DNA of 64,000 nucleotides from positions 32,001 to 96,000 of the IMG/VR virus record IMGVR_UViG_3300011008_002750; one strand, given 5' to 3'. The stretch's first letter is position 1, and the number at the start of each line of letters is the position of its first letter. The position numbers were made by a program, and so were the translations under genes. Below, piece after piece: positions 10,805 to 23,691 of the stretch. Source of the DNA: a virus (Duplodnaviria; Caudoviricetes). The notes beneath the pieces were generated by a model, which worked only from the letters and a program-made list of their open reading frames with translations, had not been told where the DNA came from and did no database searches.

Positions 10805-11650
10805 TTAAAGTTTAAAAACATTCTCTGCGAAGTCCAGAATAGCCTAGAAATGTAATTTAACTATATCTTCTTTACCTTTATCTGAACAAAGATATTTGCA
10901 ATCATCTGCATTAGAATAGAAGAAATTTTCCGTTAAAACTGCAGGAACTGTCGGCTTTCCATTCTTAGCAGAGAATTGTTCCATTTTAAAAATAACGGTA
11001 AAGTTCTCTTCCAAATCTCTGTCATTATCTGATTTGTCTATTCTAATTTTTAATTTCTTTCCATCGAATAATTTTTCTGCTTCATCATAGAAACAATTAG
11101 CTAATTGATCTGAAATATTATTTCCTTTTGTTGTATATGTCGACCAACCTTTGGCTTTATCCCATGCAGAACCTTTTCCATTTGCATTAGCATGAATAGA
11201 AATAAAAATTCCTTTTTTGCCAGATGCTTTGATTTTATTCCATGCTCTAGTTGCACGAGTTGTTAAACTGACATCAATATCACCATCTCTATTTTCATCT
11301 GTAGTAATAAAAACTTCAATTCCCTGTTTAATTAACATATCATGTAAAAGATCACAAATTTCTCTATTAAATTTATATTCATAAAAATCTAAAGCAGGTT
11401 CTACTTTGCATGCTGAATATGGAGATCGTTTTCCTGGAGTAGAAACAGCATGTCCAGGATCCAAGCAAACAATTAAATTGGTGAATACTGGTTTGTTTTC
11501 CAACACAACTGGAACATCATTATCTTTTTTAGGCTCTTCTTTAGGAGTGTTCTTTTTTACTACTACTGTGTTCTTTTTTACTACTGTTGTTGTTTTACGA
11601 ACTACTACTGGTTCTTTTTCTTTCTTTTTGAAAATATCAAATAATCCCAT
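10805..11650 (-). CDS. N-acetylmuramoyl-L-alanine amidase (Amidase_3), probable endolysin
   Basis: LDPGH..E, SIHANA, AVLTENFF motifs; one TAG 13 codons before TAA. Confidence 0.9.
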
Positions 11651-11748
11651 AGTGTTTTTCAATTATTTTTGATATTTATTGTTGAAAAAACTTTTATGTT
11701 TATTTTTATTAAAATAAATAGAAAGTAAATAAAATAAATTAATTAATA

Positions 11749-12147
11749 ATGATAATAGATACTTCAATAGAAGGAATTAAAACAAAAAAAGATGGAACTG
11801 AATATGTTTCTAATCCTTTTTTGTTTAAAGAAATAATGAAATCAAAAGAATAGGATGAATTGACACCAGAAGCAATTTAGATGTTAATGCTAATGGTTGA
11901 AAATATTATTGCAAAGAAAACATTCAAAACACCTGAAGATAAAGAGGATTGTAAACAAACTGCATTATTGGATTGTTTGCAATATTGGAGGGGATTTGAT
12001 CCTGAAAAATCAAATAATCCATTTGCATATTTTACATCAGTAATAACAAACGGTTATGCAAAGGGTTGGAATACTTTATATCCTCAAAACAAAAAAGCCA
12101 AAGGTGCAATATTTACTAGTATAGATAATGGAATTTATTCTATTTAA
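11749..12147 (+). CDS. gp55: late-transcription sigma factor, T4 gp55-like
   Basis: YVSN..L..EI and FDPEKSNNPFAYFT motifs; two N-terminal TAGs. Confidence 0.8.
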
Positions 12148-12179
12148 TTAATAAGACAAAATATATTTAAACTAATATT

Positions 12180-12743
12180 ATGGAAAACAAAAATGATTTA
12201 GATGCTTTAATTATGGAGCATGGCCAGGAATTTAATAATAATATTAATAAACTTATTAAAAGTGAAGAGCTTTTAAAAGATAAGCTTGTTTATGAAGACA
12301 CTAATCAAGTAATGCCTGGACAATTCAAAATGCCAACTTCTGACGATGTTGCACTTGATAAAGAAGATGCCCGAGACAATTTAATTAAACACGCAGCAAT
12401 GTTTAAACTTCAAAAAGAAAATGAAGAATATAGAAAAATGTCAGATGATGAAAAAGTAAAAGATTATATTTGTCAAGCTCAATATTATAGAGAAACAAAT
12501 GATTTTTACCATAAAAACGGTTATGAAATGTCTGGTAAACAAAAACGTTATATTAAACGTGCAATTGAAACTGCATGGAAGAAAGGAAAACTTAAAGTAA
12601 CACCTGAACAACGTGAAGATATTTTATTTGAATTAAGCAAAGCATCGCGTCAAACAGTTCCAGCACAAGCACCTACTCAAGGAACAACAGAAACAAATAT
12701 TTCAGAAAATATTAAAGATTTAAATTCTTTGATTTTCAGATGA
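12180..12743 (+). CDS. hypothetical protein
   Basis: 187-aa ORF; TGA stop supplied by the IS right end. Confidence 0.75.
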   Translation: MENKNDLDALIMEHGQEFNNNINKLIKSEELLKDKLVYEDTNQVMPGQFKMPTSDDVALDKEDARDNLIKHAAMFKLQKENEEYRKMSDDEKVKDYICQAQYYRETNDFYHKNGYEMSGKQKRYIKRAIETAWKKGKLKVTPEQREDILFELSKASRQTVPAQAPTQGTTETNISENIKDLNSLIFR

Positions 12744-14235
12744 TATTAAAAACTATATTATAAAAGTGTAAATAGTGTATAAATTATTTACACTTTTTAA
12801 TTTTGTTTTTATTTGTTAAAACTAAATTTTAACCGGGTTCATCACTAACCCTCTATTTGCTGGACTTATTAAGTCATCACAAACTTCATTTAAGTGTTTC
12901 CTCATTATATTTAATGAACCATTTATATCTGCATTAATTAATAAACCATTTGAAGTTTTATATAAACCCCTTTTAATTCTTTTTCCTGAAGATTTAAATA
13001 ATTCATCATTTTGCCCATAAACTGGAATAAAATCATTGTCAAAAAAGCTTACTTTACTTGTATAGCTTTCTTCTTGTTCAATAACATTTATTCCTTCTAA
13101 CTAGCATTTATATTTCAGCTAGTTTATAAACATCTAATGAGGAATCTATGTAAAATTTTGATTATTTTGTTTACCTAAATTTGTCTCTTGTTTCCATCCA
13201 TCATTCTTGCCTATAATTAAGGTATTGATAGATTGGTTAACTAATTGATTGACAATATATCTGGAAGCTTTATGAAAATAATCTTTGATTTTGTTGTTTC
13301 TTTTTAAAGTTAAATTTTGGATCTATTTGCTAGATTTCTTTTTATTTTTTAATTCTAGTTCTGATTGAAGTTTAGACTTCTTTTTATTATAGTATTGGTT
13401 TATTGATTTAACTGGTTTTCCATTGATTATAAATGATTTAGAAACATTAGAACTGCATGTAGCCAAGTTATCTATTCCTAAATCAATAGACATATATCTT
13501 TTGTTGTCTTTTAATAGTTCTTTAATAGTTGCTTCATAAATCACTTCTAGAATTATATAATTATTATTTAGGAAGTTTTATAATTCCAGATTCTTTATTG
13601 CCATATATTGTTGAATAATTATAAACAACTATCTATCTTCCTTTAGTTTTGTCTAAATAACCAGGAATTTTAACTCCTTTAATTTGTTTCTATAAACTTT
13701 TGAAAAATGAACTATAATTCTAGTTAACAAGCATTAGCGTTTCTTGAGAAGTGTTTGCCGGAAGTGCTCTATAATCAATCTAGTTTTCATCATGAAGTTC
13801 TCTATTCAAATCATAATAATTTTTGAATGTTTTATCTTTAAAAAACTATTGGCGAATTCTATAGAGAGCTTGATTATATAAATTCTTTGAAAGAAAACAA
13901 AGATTATCAAGTTCTTTATAGAACTAATGATTAGACCTTATAATATGTTGTTCAACTAACTTCATAAAATAATAAAAGCATTAAAATGATTATTATACTT
14001 AAAGTGGTATCCTGTATAATAAACCATTAAAATGCTTTATAAATTATAACTATATTTCTAAAATAGTTTTTAAGGATACCACCTCTTAAAAATTATTTTC
14101 TTTTTATATTTATTTCAGAAATTTTTAGAAAAAATTCAAATTCTTTTATAAATTATAAATTTATAATTTAAACAAATATTAAAACAACTATATAATATTT
14201 GTTATAGAATTTACAGATTTTATAACTTTTAATTT
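12740..14235 (-). mobile_element. IS200/IS605-family tnpB-only element, copy 2 (both ends present)
   Basis: Excision restores ...TTC AGA TAA followed by a terminator; TTAT precedes the left end; left-end hairpin 14201-14230; right end TCAT. Confidence 0.85.
12816..13965 (-). pseudogene. tnpB: TnpB with frameshifting deletion near 13566
   Basis: N-part ends KLPK-TAA (13564); RuvC-containing C-part is in another frame; same motifs as copy 1. Confidence 0.85.
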
Positions 14236-14242
14236 ATAAAAA

Positions 14243-14270
14243 TAAAGAGGAGTAATTAAACTCCTCTTTA
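14243..14270. terminator. bidirectional terminator
   Basis: TAAAGAGGAG/CTCCTCTTTA perfect stem. Confidence 0.75.
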
Positions 14271-14276
14271 TTATTT

Positions 14277-16499
14277 TTAATTAATATTCATTACTGCATT
14301 AGTTTGTGCATCTATATATGCTTCTAATAATTGAATTCTGGCTTCCAAATCTTCAATTTTATTTTGTATATTAATAGTTTCTACTCCTCCAGATGGAATA
14401 GATTCTTCATATGCAATATTTTCAGCAGTATGGTGACAGAAAACCCCACTAACAGAATTTTCATTAGCAATGGAATCATTCATATGAGCAATCAAACCTA
14501 TTGCATTTAAATCAGATCTAATAGCAATATGTAATGCATCATCATTAACTTCTTGAACTAATTCTGCCATTGCATTAGTTGTATTCAAATTGTCTGGGAA
14601 TGAAATAGTGACAGATTCAGACCAATCAGACTTTAATGGATTATCTGGATATCCAGCTTCAGAAATTGAACGAACTTTGATTTCAACTTTTTCGCCTTTA
14701 GTAATAGGAATATCTATTTGGTTAATATTAATCTCTGACCCGTCTGCCACGTTTTCTGTTTTCCAATCAAACATCTATGTTTCTGAATTAAATATTCTTT
14801 GTTTTAATGTACTTTGAACGCAAATCCAATCTGTAAATGTTCCGGTAATAATAGTATTTCCATCAGTATCGGTATAATTAAAAGTATTTAATTGCACCCC
14901 AGTATTGTCTTCACAAATATAACGATATGCAATATCAAAACCAATAACTTCTTCAGGAATAGTATTTTCTTCATCTCTATATCTTGGTTGTGGAAGAGGG
15001 AAGAAACCCCTAATATGATATTTTGGATTTTCAACTACTGCTTTATTTTCTTGGACCGATGACTAGAAGCGTTTAACAAGAGATGTATATTGGGTTTGTT
15101 GAATCTCTAAATTTTTAGTATTTTGCGCAATTTCATCTTGAACTTTATTATATTCATCAGCTGTCTTTTCTCCCAATAATTCAGTTTTCTATGAAGCTAT
15201 AGTTTTTTGTAATGATTCTATTAATGTTCTAGTTGATTCAATATCTGAAGCAAGATTTTTTAAATCATTATTATCTAAAGCTGCATTTACTTGTGTATTG
15301 ATTTGAACTACACGTAAATCGGTTGCTGCAATAGATGGTGCATTTGGAATATGTCCATAATATGCACTAAGTCGTCTTTCTTTAGATTCTGCAATCCATT
15401 GCGCACCCCAGTCAGAAACAAATTGTGAATAATATTGTCTTAAGTTAATATTTGCATCAATATCTTGAACTAATTCGTCAGTTGCAAATTGAATAGGTTC
15501 TGACCATTCATTAGATAATAAATTAAATGCTTCATTAACACCTTTAATATAAATTAAATCATATTCATGCGCGCCAATTCTAACATTTATTGTTTTATTC
15601 CTAAATGGATCTTGATATATTCTGAAAATAGAATAAACTCCTGGGAATTCAGAACCACTAAGGATTTTCAATCTGACTTTATTGTTATTTTGATCAACCT
15701 CGATAATTGAATATAAAGAGTCATTATATGCAAGTCTGTCTCCAACAGATAATATATTATTTTTACCAATATTTTCTCCGTTTTCATCGATAGTTGTGTA
15801 AGTCAATGTATCAAAAGTATACCATGTATTTCCATTAATAATTTCTGGATCATACATAATTTGGAAACTTCCGGCTATAGTATTACTAATTAATGGAAGT
15901 TGAATTTCTTCAATATCTTCTGAATATTGAATTCCATTATATGCTAAAACCGCTTTTAATGAAACATATGTGTATTGGTTATTTGCAAGATTATTATTCC
16001 AGAATTGTTGAGTTTTTTCATCATTTGCATCTAATATAATTCTAGACAATTTGACTCTATCAGCAGAATCTTCAATTTGAGATGTCAAATCTAAAGAAAC
16101 TGTCAATCCTGGGAACATCAAATCTTCAAAAAACCAATTGCTGTCAATTTTGAATTCTGTCGGCGTTTGAACTCCTGTAATTCTATTTGGTGTCTATGGA
16201 AGATTTGTCAAAACTATTTGGCGTCTTGAACCGTCATTCAATTCTAATGTAGATCTTCCTGCAGATAGATTTGATATATTTCTTTCTAACGCTTTGAGAC
16301 GATTATTTACAGCTGTATAGCTCGGCAATTGATACGTTGTTATAGAACTGTCTTTTAGATTTTCATAGTCATATTGCACTACAGTATCTTTAGTAGAAAT
16401 TGATTTTTGGATAGATTCTAATAAAGATAATGCATTTGCCTATGTTGTTATAGTTCTACGCATATTTTCTGCAAAGCTATTAATATTATTTCCACTCAT
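14277..16499 (-). CDS. probable baseplate/tail structural protein, 740 aa
   Basis: Three track ORFs join in frame across TAGs; beta-rich with FnIII-like C-terminal IKVRSISEAGYP..SDWS. Confidence 0.7.
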
Positions 16500-16598
16500 A
16501 TTATTTAAAATATAATTTGATATTTTTTTATTTATTTTCAAAAAACATATAGTTATTTTTTTAATTATAAATAATAAAAATATATAGACAAATTATAT

Positions 16599-19500
16599 AT
16601 GATTCCTAAAATTTGGTTAGATAAATTAGAAGAACAAAAATCTAAAACATATGATGAAGCATATGCAGAATTTAATACTTGGAAACAAACTGAACCAAAT
16701 AAAGGCTCTAATGCTTAGACCATAAATAGTGTAGATGGCACATAGTTTTGGAAAGATTGGAAAGAAGTTGATGAATAGAAAAAAGCAGAAAAGGGCTGGG
16801 GCCCTAACACATATTATTCTAATTTTGTTGGTCCTGATGCAAAAAAACCAGTTTTTTCAGTGCTTCCATAGACAAAAACAATTGTTGAATATGTTAAAAC
16901 TACATTAAAAAATGGCTGGAAAAATTTAGATGGAGGGGCAGAAGTAATGGGTGCAATTACAGAAATAAGTAATATTGGACTTATCAGCTATCAAAATCTT
17001 AAAAATTTAGCATCTAACAAATATAATAATACCGCATTAGCAAAAATCAAAAATGATAAAAAACGTGAATAGTTTCAAACATTAATTAATAATACTAATG
17101 ATAATTTAAAATTATGTGCAGAATTATTTAAAGAAGTCGATATTTATTGGGCTGGTTGGGGCTCATATCTTGATACATGGCTCGAAGACGTGAAATCTTA
17201 TTAGACTATGTGGGAAAAAGTTTTAGAAGAAATAAAAAATGGAACAACTCAAGAACAAGAACCGCCAGTAAATACTACGCCAGATTTAAGTGCTATTATG
17301 AATATTGGAGATGAGAGTGCAGTTAAAAATGTTTTTGCATAGTCTAATTCAGCCGACAATACATTCCAACAAATAGAAAAACCAAATAATTAGCAGGATG
17401 TTTCGGTGAATACAACACATACTAGAATTTATGAATATCTCCCAACAACTATTCAATTAGATGAAATGTCTATGCCGGTAATGGATAATATTGATTCAGA
17501 TGGAGTTATAGATCCATCAACAGGATAGCATTTAGATTCAAGTTCAAATGTAAATGATGACCCATATCAAACTCAAGGAAATTTATCTCCAGACAAATTA
17601 AATACTATTGGTTTTGTTTATCCTTTGTTAAGAATTAATGATCACTATTATGGAAATGGAGATATTAAATATTTTTCATTAGAAACTATTGGATTTATTC
17701 CTACTATTGAAGTCACGCTTGAATGTGGTTTTAATGATATATTGAAAGCAAATCAAATTAAAGATGGGGATTTATGTTCAGTGTTTATTAACCAAGCACA
17801 TGGAAATCTTAAATCATACCGTGCAGATTTTCAAATAACTAATGTAAGAGTTCCACAATTGAATCAAGGAGTAATGACTGATACAATCAAAGTAAAACTT
17901 ATTGGAGAACTTTATATTCCAGCGATATATGATTCCACACAGACATTTTCATTTGCTGGCTCATCTAGAGATGCATTAATAGATGTTGCATAGAAATTAG
18001 GTTTAGGCTTTTTCTTTAGCGATCCAGAAAATACACAAGATGCCCAAATGTGGTATAGTATGGCAGATGGAGAACAGAAAAATACAAATACTTCCCCAAC
18101 TATTGAATATATTAAAAATACGGCAAAGCATTCATGGAAAAACTTTGAATCATTTTATGATTGTTGGATAGATCCACGTTATGCTATATCATTTATTAAT
18201 ATTGCTTAGATGCTTGGTGGGTCTGGCCTTGATGAAGAAATAGATTTAGCTATATTTAATTCAGCAATGACTGCTGGTAAAATTTCAGATGGAAGGAATT
18301 CTGAAAGCTCCTCTAAAGAAAAGGCTGCAACGGCAACTCCGCAATTTAAATTATTATCTAATATTGGAACTGGAACTGCTGGATTAACTTCATTTTATGT
18401 AACTAAATATGCAGAAAAAAATGATAATTCAATTACTAATAAGTTGGGATTGTCTAATGCAAATTATTATAGTATTAAAAACACCGGAATATAGAAAGTG
18501 GAAGATAATACAATAGAAATGAATTTATCTATTCCAGTAAATGCAGATAAATTAAAACATGGTTTTTATATTATGGCAGGGCCTGGACGAAATTTAACAT
18601 ACACACAAGCTGAAAACGGATCCTTTGTTGATTAGCATAAATCAGTATAGGGCGGACAAATAGCAGAAACTCAATCAGATGGGGATGAAGAAGAAATAAT
18701 AGAAACTGGAAGTAATATGTTTGCGTCTGGCAATACTAATAAATTCTATGAAACTGCAGATGGACATAATACTTTATGCAATGCATGGCTAAAAAAGAAA
18801 ACCATTCAGGTAACATTAAATGGATGCAATATGCAAATTATGCGTGGAGAAAAAATTCCAATGCTATTAAAAGACAATTTTAATCCAATGCTAAATTATG
18901 CTTAGGCTAATACTGAAACTGATTTGATTTATTAGAAAATAATGGCTTCTGCATCAGGTTGGTTTATTATTCAAAATATTAGATGGATATATGATAGGGA
19001 CAATGTTCAAAAAGGAACCCAATGGAGAACTGAATTATCATTAACTAGACGAGAATGGCCAATTCCAGGATATGTTAAAAATTAGGGTTAGCAACAAGAT
19101 GTAGAAAAAACAGCTGAAGAATTATATATTCAAAATAATATAGCATCGGGTTCTATTAAAGAGGCAGTATAGGATCAAGAAACATAGCAAACTAATGATA
19201 ATAATAATGCAAAACAAGAAACAATGACAACCAATGGATTGAACTCATATATGATAACTATATATAATGATATTGTTTCTGCATGTTTAGCAGGCGGTAA
19301 AAAAGTTAAATTGGTTTCCGGACGTAGATGGTTTGCTGATGAGAATGGAAATAAAGTCGAGGCTGCTACAGTTTAGGATGGAAATCTATGGAAATTTGTC
19401 AATGCTAATGGTGATATTGTTTGGTATAGTTCTAAAACATCTCCACATGCAACGGGCGACGCTATAGATATTATTAATGATCAAGGAACTACATTTAACG

Positions 19501-19766
19501 AGGTTGCCCAATATATTGTGTCAGATAACAAAACTTTATATGATATGATAACTAATGGAGTTTATTTAGGTATAGAAACATCTAAAGATGATACTGGAAA
19601 TACTGTTAAACACTATCATATCGGAAAACCAGACAAATCTAATTCTGGAACATATTCAGCACAAAAGAGTTGGTGGGAAAAAGTGGTAGGAAACTTTAAG
19701 CAAACTATATCATATAATGGTTAGAATATTCAAGTTGCACAATTCCTTAAATATTCTAATAAGTAA
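16599..19766 (+). CDS. baseplate-hub-like protein with C-terminal M15-type Zn peptidase, 1055 aa
   Basis: One frame with many TAGs; hub-like central region (IMRGEKIP..SGWFII..LTRREWP); C-terminal SGRR..SPHATGDAIDI..E..HYH LAS motif. Confidence 0.7.
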
Positions 19767-19768
19767 TT

Positions 19769-20248
19769 ATGACAATAGACATTTATAGCGGTGGAAAATA
19801 TCCAGCAAATGCATTATCTAATTTTATGGAACACCCATTCAATTTTAGAGGGTTTTCTATAAATTCAATGGAAGGCTTGATTGCAGGATTGACATATAAA
19901 GATCCAATTGAACAAATGCGGATCTTTTTGTTGTCTGGTATAGAAGCTAAAAATTCTACAAAACCTTGGAATTTTGATATGCAAGTTTATTGGCAAGGAA
20001 AAGCAATAGACAGAAGAAGTCAAGAATACCAAGATTTATTTGATGAAGCTTATAATGCTTTATATACAAATGCAGATTTTAGAAAAGCACTAGATTCTAC
20101 TAAAGGACATAAGTTAATTCATTCTATAGGACATAAAGACAGGATGAAAACATTATTGACAGAAGAAGAATTTGTTGGAAGATTAACTAGATTGCGAGAT
20201 ACTGGACATAGTAAAGAAACAAAATTTGAAAGTGAAAAATTATTTTAA
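19769..20248 (+). CDS. NADAR-family protein (T4 gp30.3-like)
   Basis: YPANALSNF..HPF..SMEG..YWQG..IDR..L.H..G..T.LT..EF motif pattern. Confidence 0.75.
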   Translation: MTIDIYSGGKYPANALSNFMEHPFNFRGFSINSMEGLIAGLTYKDPIEQMRIFLLSGIEAKNSTKPWNFDMQVYWQGKAIDRRSQEYQDLFDEAYNALYTNADFRKALDSTKGHKLIHSIGHKDRMKTLLTEEEFVGRLTRLRDTGHSKETKFESEKLF

Positions 20249-20254
20249 TAATAA

Positions 20255-20284
20255 AAAATGCAGGAAATTAAATCCTGCATTTTT
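20255..20284. terminator. bidirectional terminator
   Basis: AAAATGCAGGA/TCCTGCATTTT between convergent genes. Confidence 0.75.
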
Positions 20285-20313
20285 ATTTTCGGTAGATTTA
20301 TGATTTGTAAAAA

Positions 20314-20946
20314 TTAAAGAATTGCTTCGTCATAATAGTCACACCAGAATGTCATATTAAATCCATTCCAAATTGCGCTATTGTCATAGTTCAATTGAGG
20401 AGATGGAACTTGAGAAGTTGGGAATAAATTGTAGCAAATCCATTGGTGGATAGGTTTTCCTTCTTTATCATGCAACATAATAGTTATTGCTTTAGCTGCA
20501 TAATTCTTTTTAATATGCATACGACCTGTTAATGGATCATATGTCAAATCACTCCAACGACGTAAGAATTTATAAGTATAGTTATCATTAGTTCCATCAT
20601 CGTTACGTTTGATATTCAATTCAAATGTCATTTGAAGTTCTAGGTGAGTTTGAGATGGAGCAGAACCGGCAAACCCACGTTCAGCTTGTTTATATTTTTG
20701 GTTTACTGAACCAACACCACGTTGAGTATCAAGACCAGTAACTTGTCTTAAACCTTCAAGAACGATTTTAACATCGTCATCTCCATATCCATATTCTAAC
20801 ATGCCATTTGGAAGATCTGATGGTAAAATTTGAGCAGTCCATAAATTTGTATAGATTGGCTCATGTAATTCCATTGATCTTTTAGATGATGTAAAGTGAC
20901 CCCATCTGTCGAGTCCTTCGCTATTAATATTTTCCCATTGTGCCAT
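20314..20946 (-). CDS. gp19: tail tube protein, gp19-like
   Basis: TFELN..LRRW..YDPLTG..KKNYA..LHDKEG..NLFPTS..LNYD..FNMTFWCDYY. Confidence 0.75.
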   Translation of the reverse strand: MAQWENINSEGLDRWGHFTSSKRSMELHEPIYTNLWTAQILPSDLPNGMLEYGYGDDDVKIVLEGLRQVTGLDTQRGVGSVNQKYKQAERGFAGSAPSQTHLELQMTFELNIKRNDDGTNDNYTYKFLRRWSDLTYDPLTGRMHIKKNYAAKAITIMLHDKEGKPIHQWICYNLFPTSQVPSPQLNYDNSAIWNGFNMTFWCDYYDEAIL

Positions 20947-21063
20947 AGTTAATTAAATAATTTCAATTTTATATTTTATTTATTTATTTATTTTCAAAAT
21001 AAAATAACTTCACAATAATGAAAATTTAATAAATAATAAAATAGTATTTCATATTATTTATTT

Positions 21064-22158
21064 ATGAAAAATAAGAACTTAATAAAAGAATCGTAGGGGT
21101 TGGTAGATAAAGATGGAATTCAATGGTATGATTTGTCTGATTTGATAACTGATTATGTTTATGATTTGCAAAATGGGTTGAATGCAGACCCATTTTATAA
21201 TGGTGGAGATGCTGAAATTTCAGTGAAGCAAATTGAATCATATTATCAGTATGTTAATTCTAAGAGAATTCCTGATTATATTATTCCTAATTGGGTTGGT
21301 TCTTTTACTATTGATATTATTAAAGATAAAAACAACAAAGGAACATTTCTAAAAAGGAATGCAAAATTAAATAATAATAAATTAGTTTTTACTATTGAAG
21401 TTAATACTAATATGGAAAATCCAAATGCATTTTGTGATACTTTAGTTCATGAGTTTCAACATGCATATACTCATTGGATTGAATTAACAAAACAAATTCG
21501 TTTATATAATAGTAGATCAGCTAATTTATACTATCATTCTACTAAAGCTTTTGATGATAAGAAATATGGAGGCAATTATCATCCAATGGCAATGCAAAAA
21601 TTTGAGGATTTAATAGAAATTAATAATGAAATATATACAAATCCACGATATTTAGAAAGAACATTATTAACAGGTTTTTACTATTCTGATATAGATGAAA
21701 TAAGAAGTTTTATTCAAGAGTTTGCTGCTGATATGATGAAAAAAATCAAAAGTGATATTGTTAATATCAAAAAACAAATAAAACAATCTTTAGAATTTAA
21801 AGGAGATTTTAATAATGTTTCTAAAATAGAACAATTTAATTCTAACATATTAAATAATTTAAGTATTAGTTGCTATTCAAGCAAATATTATAAAACATAT
21901 AAAGCATATTATAATTTTTATAAGAAACTTGAAAAAATGAATGTTGATACGGATGTAGCAGTAGAAGCAATTAAAGGCGCAACTAAGGCAATTAAAACAG
22001 CATTGCATATATCTCCAGCTAAAAAGTTAATTTAGTTTGAAGGCGATGAAAATGATTTATTGAAATAGATTGCAAAGAAACAAATTCCTATTTATGAAAA
22101 TGTGCTAAAGAAAATGGAAAAGATTTTTGTAAAATTAATAATAGAAATCCCAGTATGA
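21064..22158 (+). CDS. HExxH zinc metallopeptidase-like virion protein
   Basis: TLVHEFQHAY..DEIRSF; N-terminal LIKES; TAG at codon 11. Confidence 0.65.
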
Positions 22159-22833
22159 TAAACTATAAACAAATATTAGAAGCAGTCAACAGAGGAATAT
22201 AGTTAGCTTTAGATGACTTTGAAGATGAAGAACAAGTTTAGAATAATATTAAATCTAAGCAAGTCTAGAACAGAAACTATACTAAAGAATATCTAGATTT
22301 TTAGAAATTAATTGTTAAACTAAAGAGTAAAGAATTAACTAAGCAAGAACTTGAAGAATTAGTAAAATTATCTAAATTGTCTGGTTTAAAATATACTGTT
22401 AATTCTAAAGAAGAATTAAGAACAATAATTAAATATATACTGGACTAATCTTAAATATTAGACACCAGATTTAAACTGGATTGATACCTCTAGATTAACT
22501 GATATGAGCAACTTGTTTATGGAGTTATATTTTAACGGTGATATTTCAGAATGGGATGTTTCTAATGTTGAAAATATGTGTAACATGTTTGCAGGATCAA
22601 CTTTTAATGGCGATATTTCTAATTGGGATGTTTCTAAAGTAAATGATATGCGATATATGTTTTGGAGTTGCCCATTTAATCAAAACATATCTAATTGGGA
22701 CGTTTCTAATATTTCTTTATTTGATCAAGCAGGTATAAATAGAAGGGCCGGAATATTCTTACTTTGCCCAATAAAAGATGAGTATAAACCAATATTCAAT
22801 AAAAAATAGTATAAACGGGTATTCAATAAATGA
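22155..22833 (+). pseudogene. N-terminal module + DUF285/BspA-type repeat protein, frameshifted near 22434
   Basis: Frame stops at TAA 22446; DLNWIDTS and WDVSNV repeats continue in the +1 frame. Confidence 0.7.
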
Positions 22834-22895
22834 GTAAATTTAACTTTTACTAATTTTCTTTCTATAATTATAAATATTTAAATTATATTTAATCT

Positions 22896-23663
22896 ATGGC
22901 TCATAAATCTAAAACTGGTCTGGATTCTATTATTCTTGGAACTGTTGAATCTATAGATGATCCAACATATTCTGGTCGTATTAAAGTTAGAGTTCCTGGC
23001 CTTCATGATAATATTCCAACTGAACAATTGCCTTGGTGCACATTTGGCGGTTCTCCATTCTTTTCTGGGAATGGTGGTGGTTCTTTATCTGTTGCCAGAG
23101 TTGGTCAGCAAGTTCGTGTCCAATTCAAATCTGGAGAAAAAACATCTATGGAATGGATGGCAAATAATCAAGTTGATCCAGATTTGATTAATGAAATTAA
23201 AGATGATTATGAAAATGCATAGGTGTTAATATATGATTCTGCCGTTGATTTGTCTATTAAATTCCAAACTGGCACAGGATTAATAATATATTATCAAGGT
23301 AGTTTCATTCAAATTATGCCTGATAATACTATTACAATTCATTATGGACTTGGAGCAACTGGAACTCAAATTCAATTATCAAAAGGACGAGTAGATATTC
23401 AAGCAAATGAGCAAATCAATTTAACAACCCCAGGAACAATAAATCTTGAGGCTGATAATATTATATTAAACAGCAAATCATCTACACAATTAAAAGGAGA
23501 TACTGCAGGTGAAGCGGCAATTAATGGTTCAGCATTAATGACATTATTAACTTTAATTGCAGGAGTGGTAGATGCTAAAGTTCCACAAGGACCCGGTATA
23601 ACTGCACAAACAGTTAATTCAATGAAAGAAGCAATATTGAATCAACATATTCAATATATTTAA
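22896..23663 (+). CDS. gp5: baseplate spike/hub gp5-like (OB fold + beta helix)
   Basis: GTVESIDDPTYSGRIKVRVPGLHD..LPWC; two track ORFs joined by one TAG. Confidence 0.8.
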
Positions 23664-23691
23664 ATAATAGAAAAATGAAAACTAAATATAT

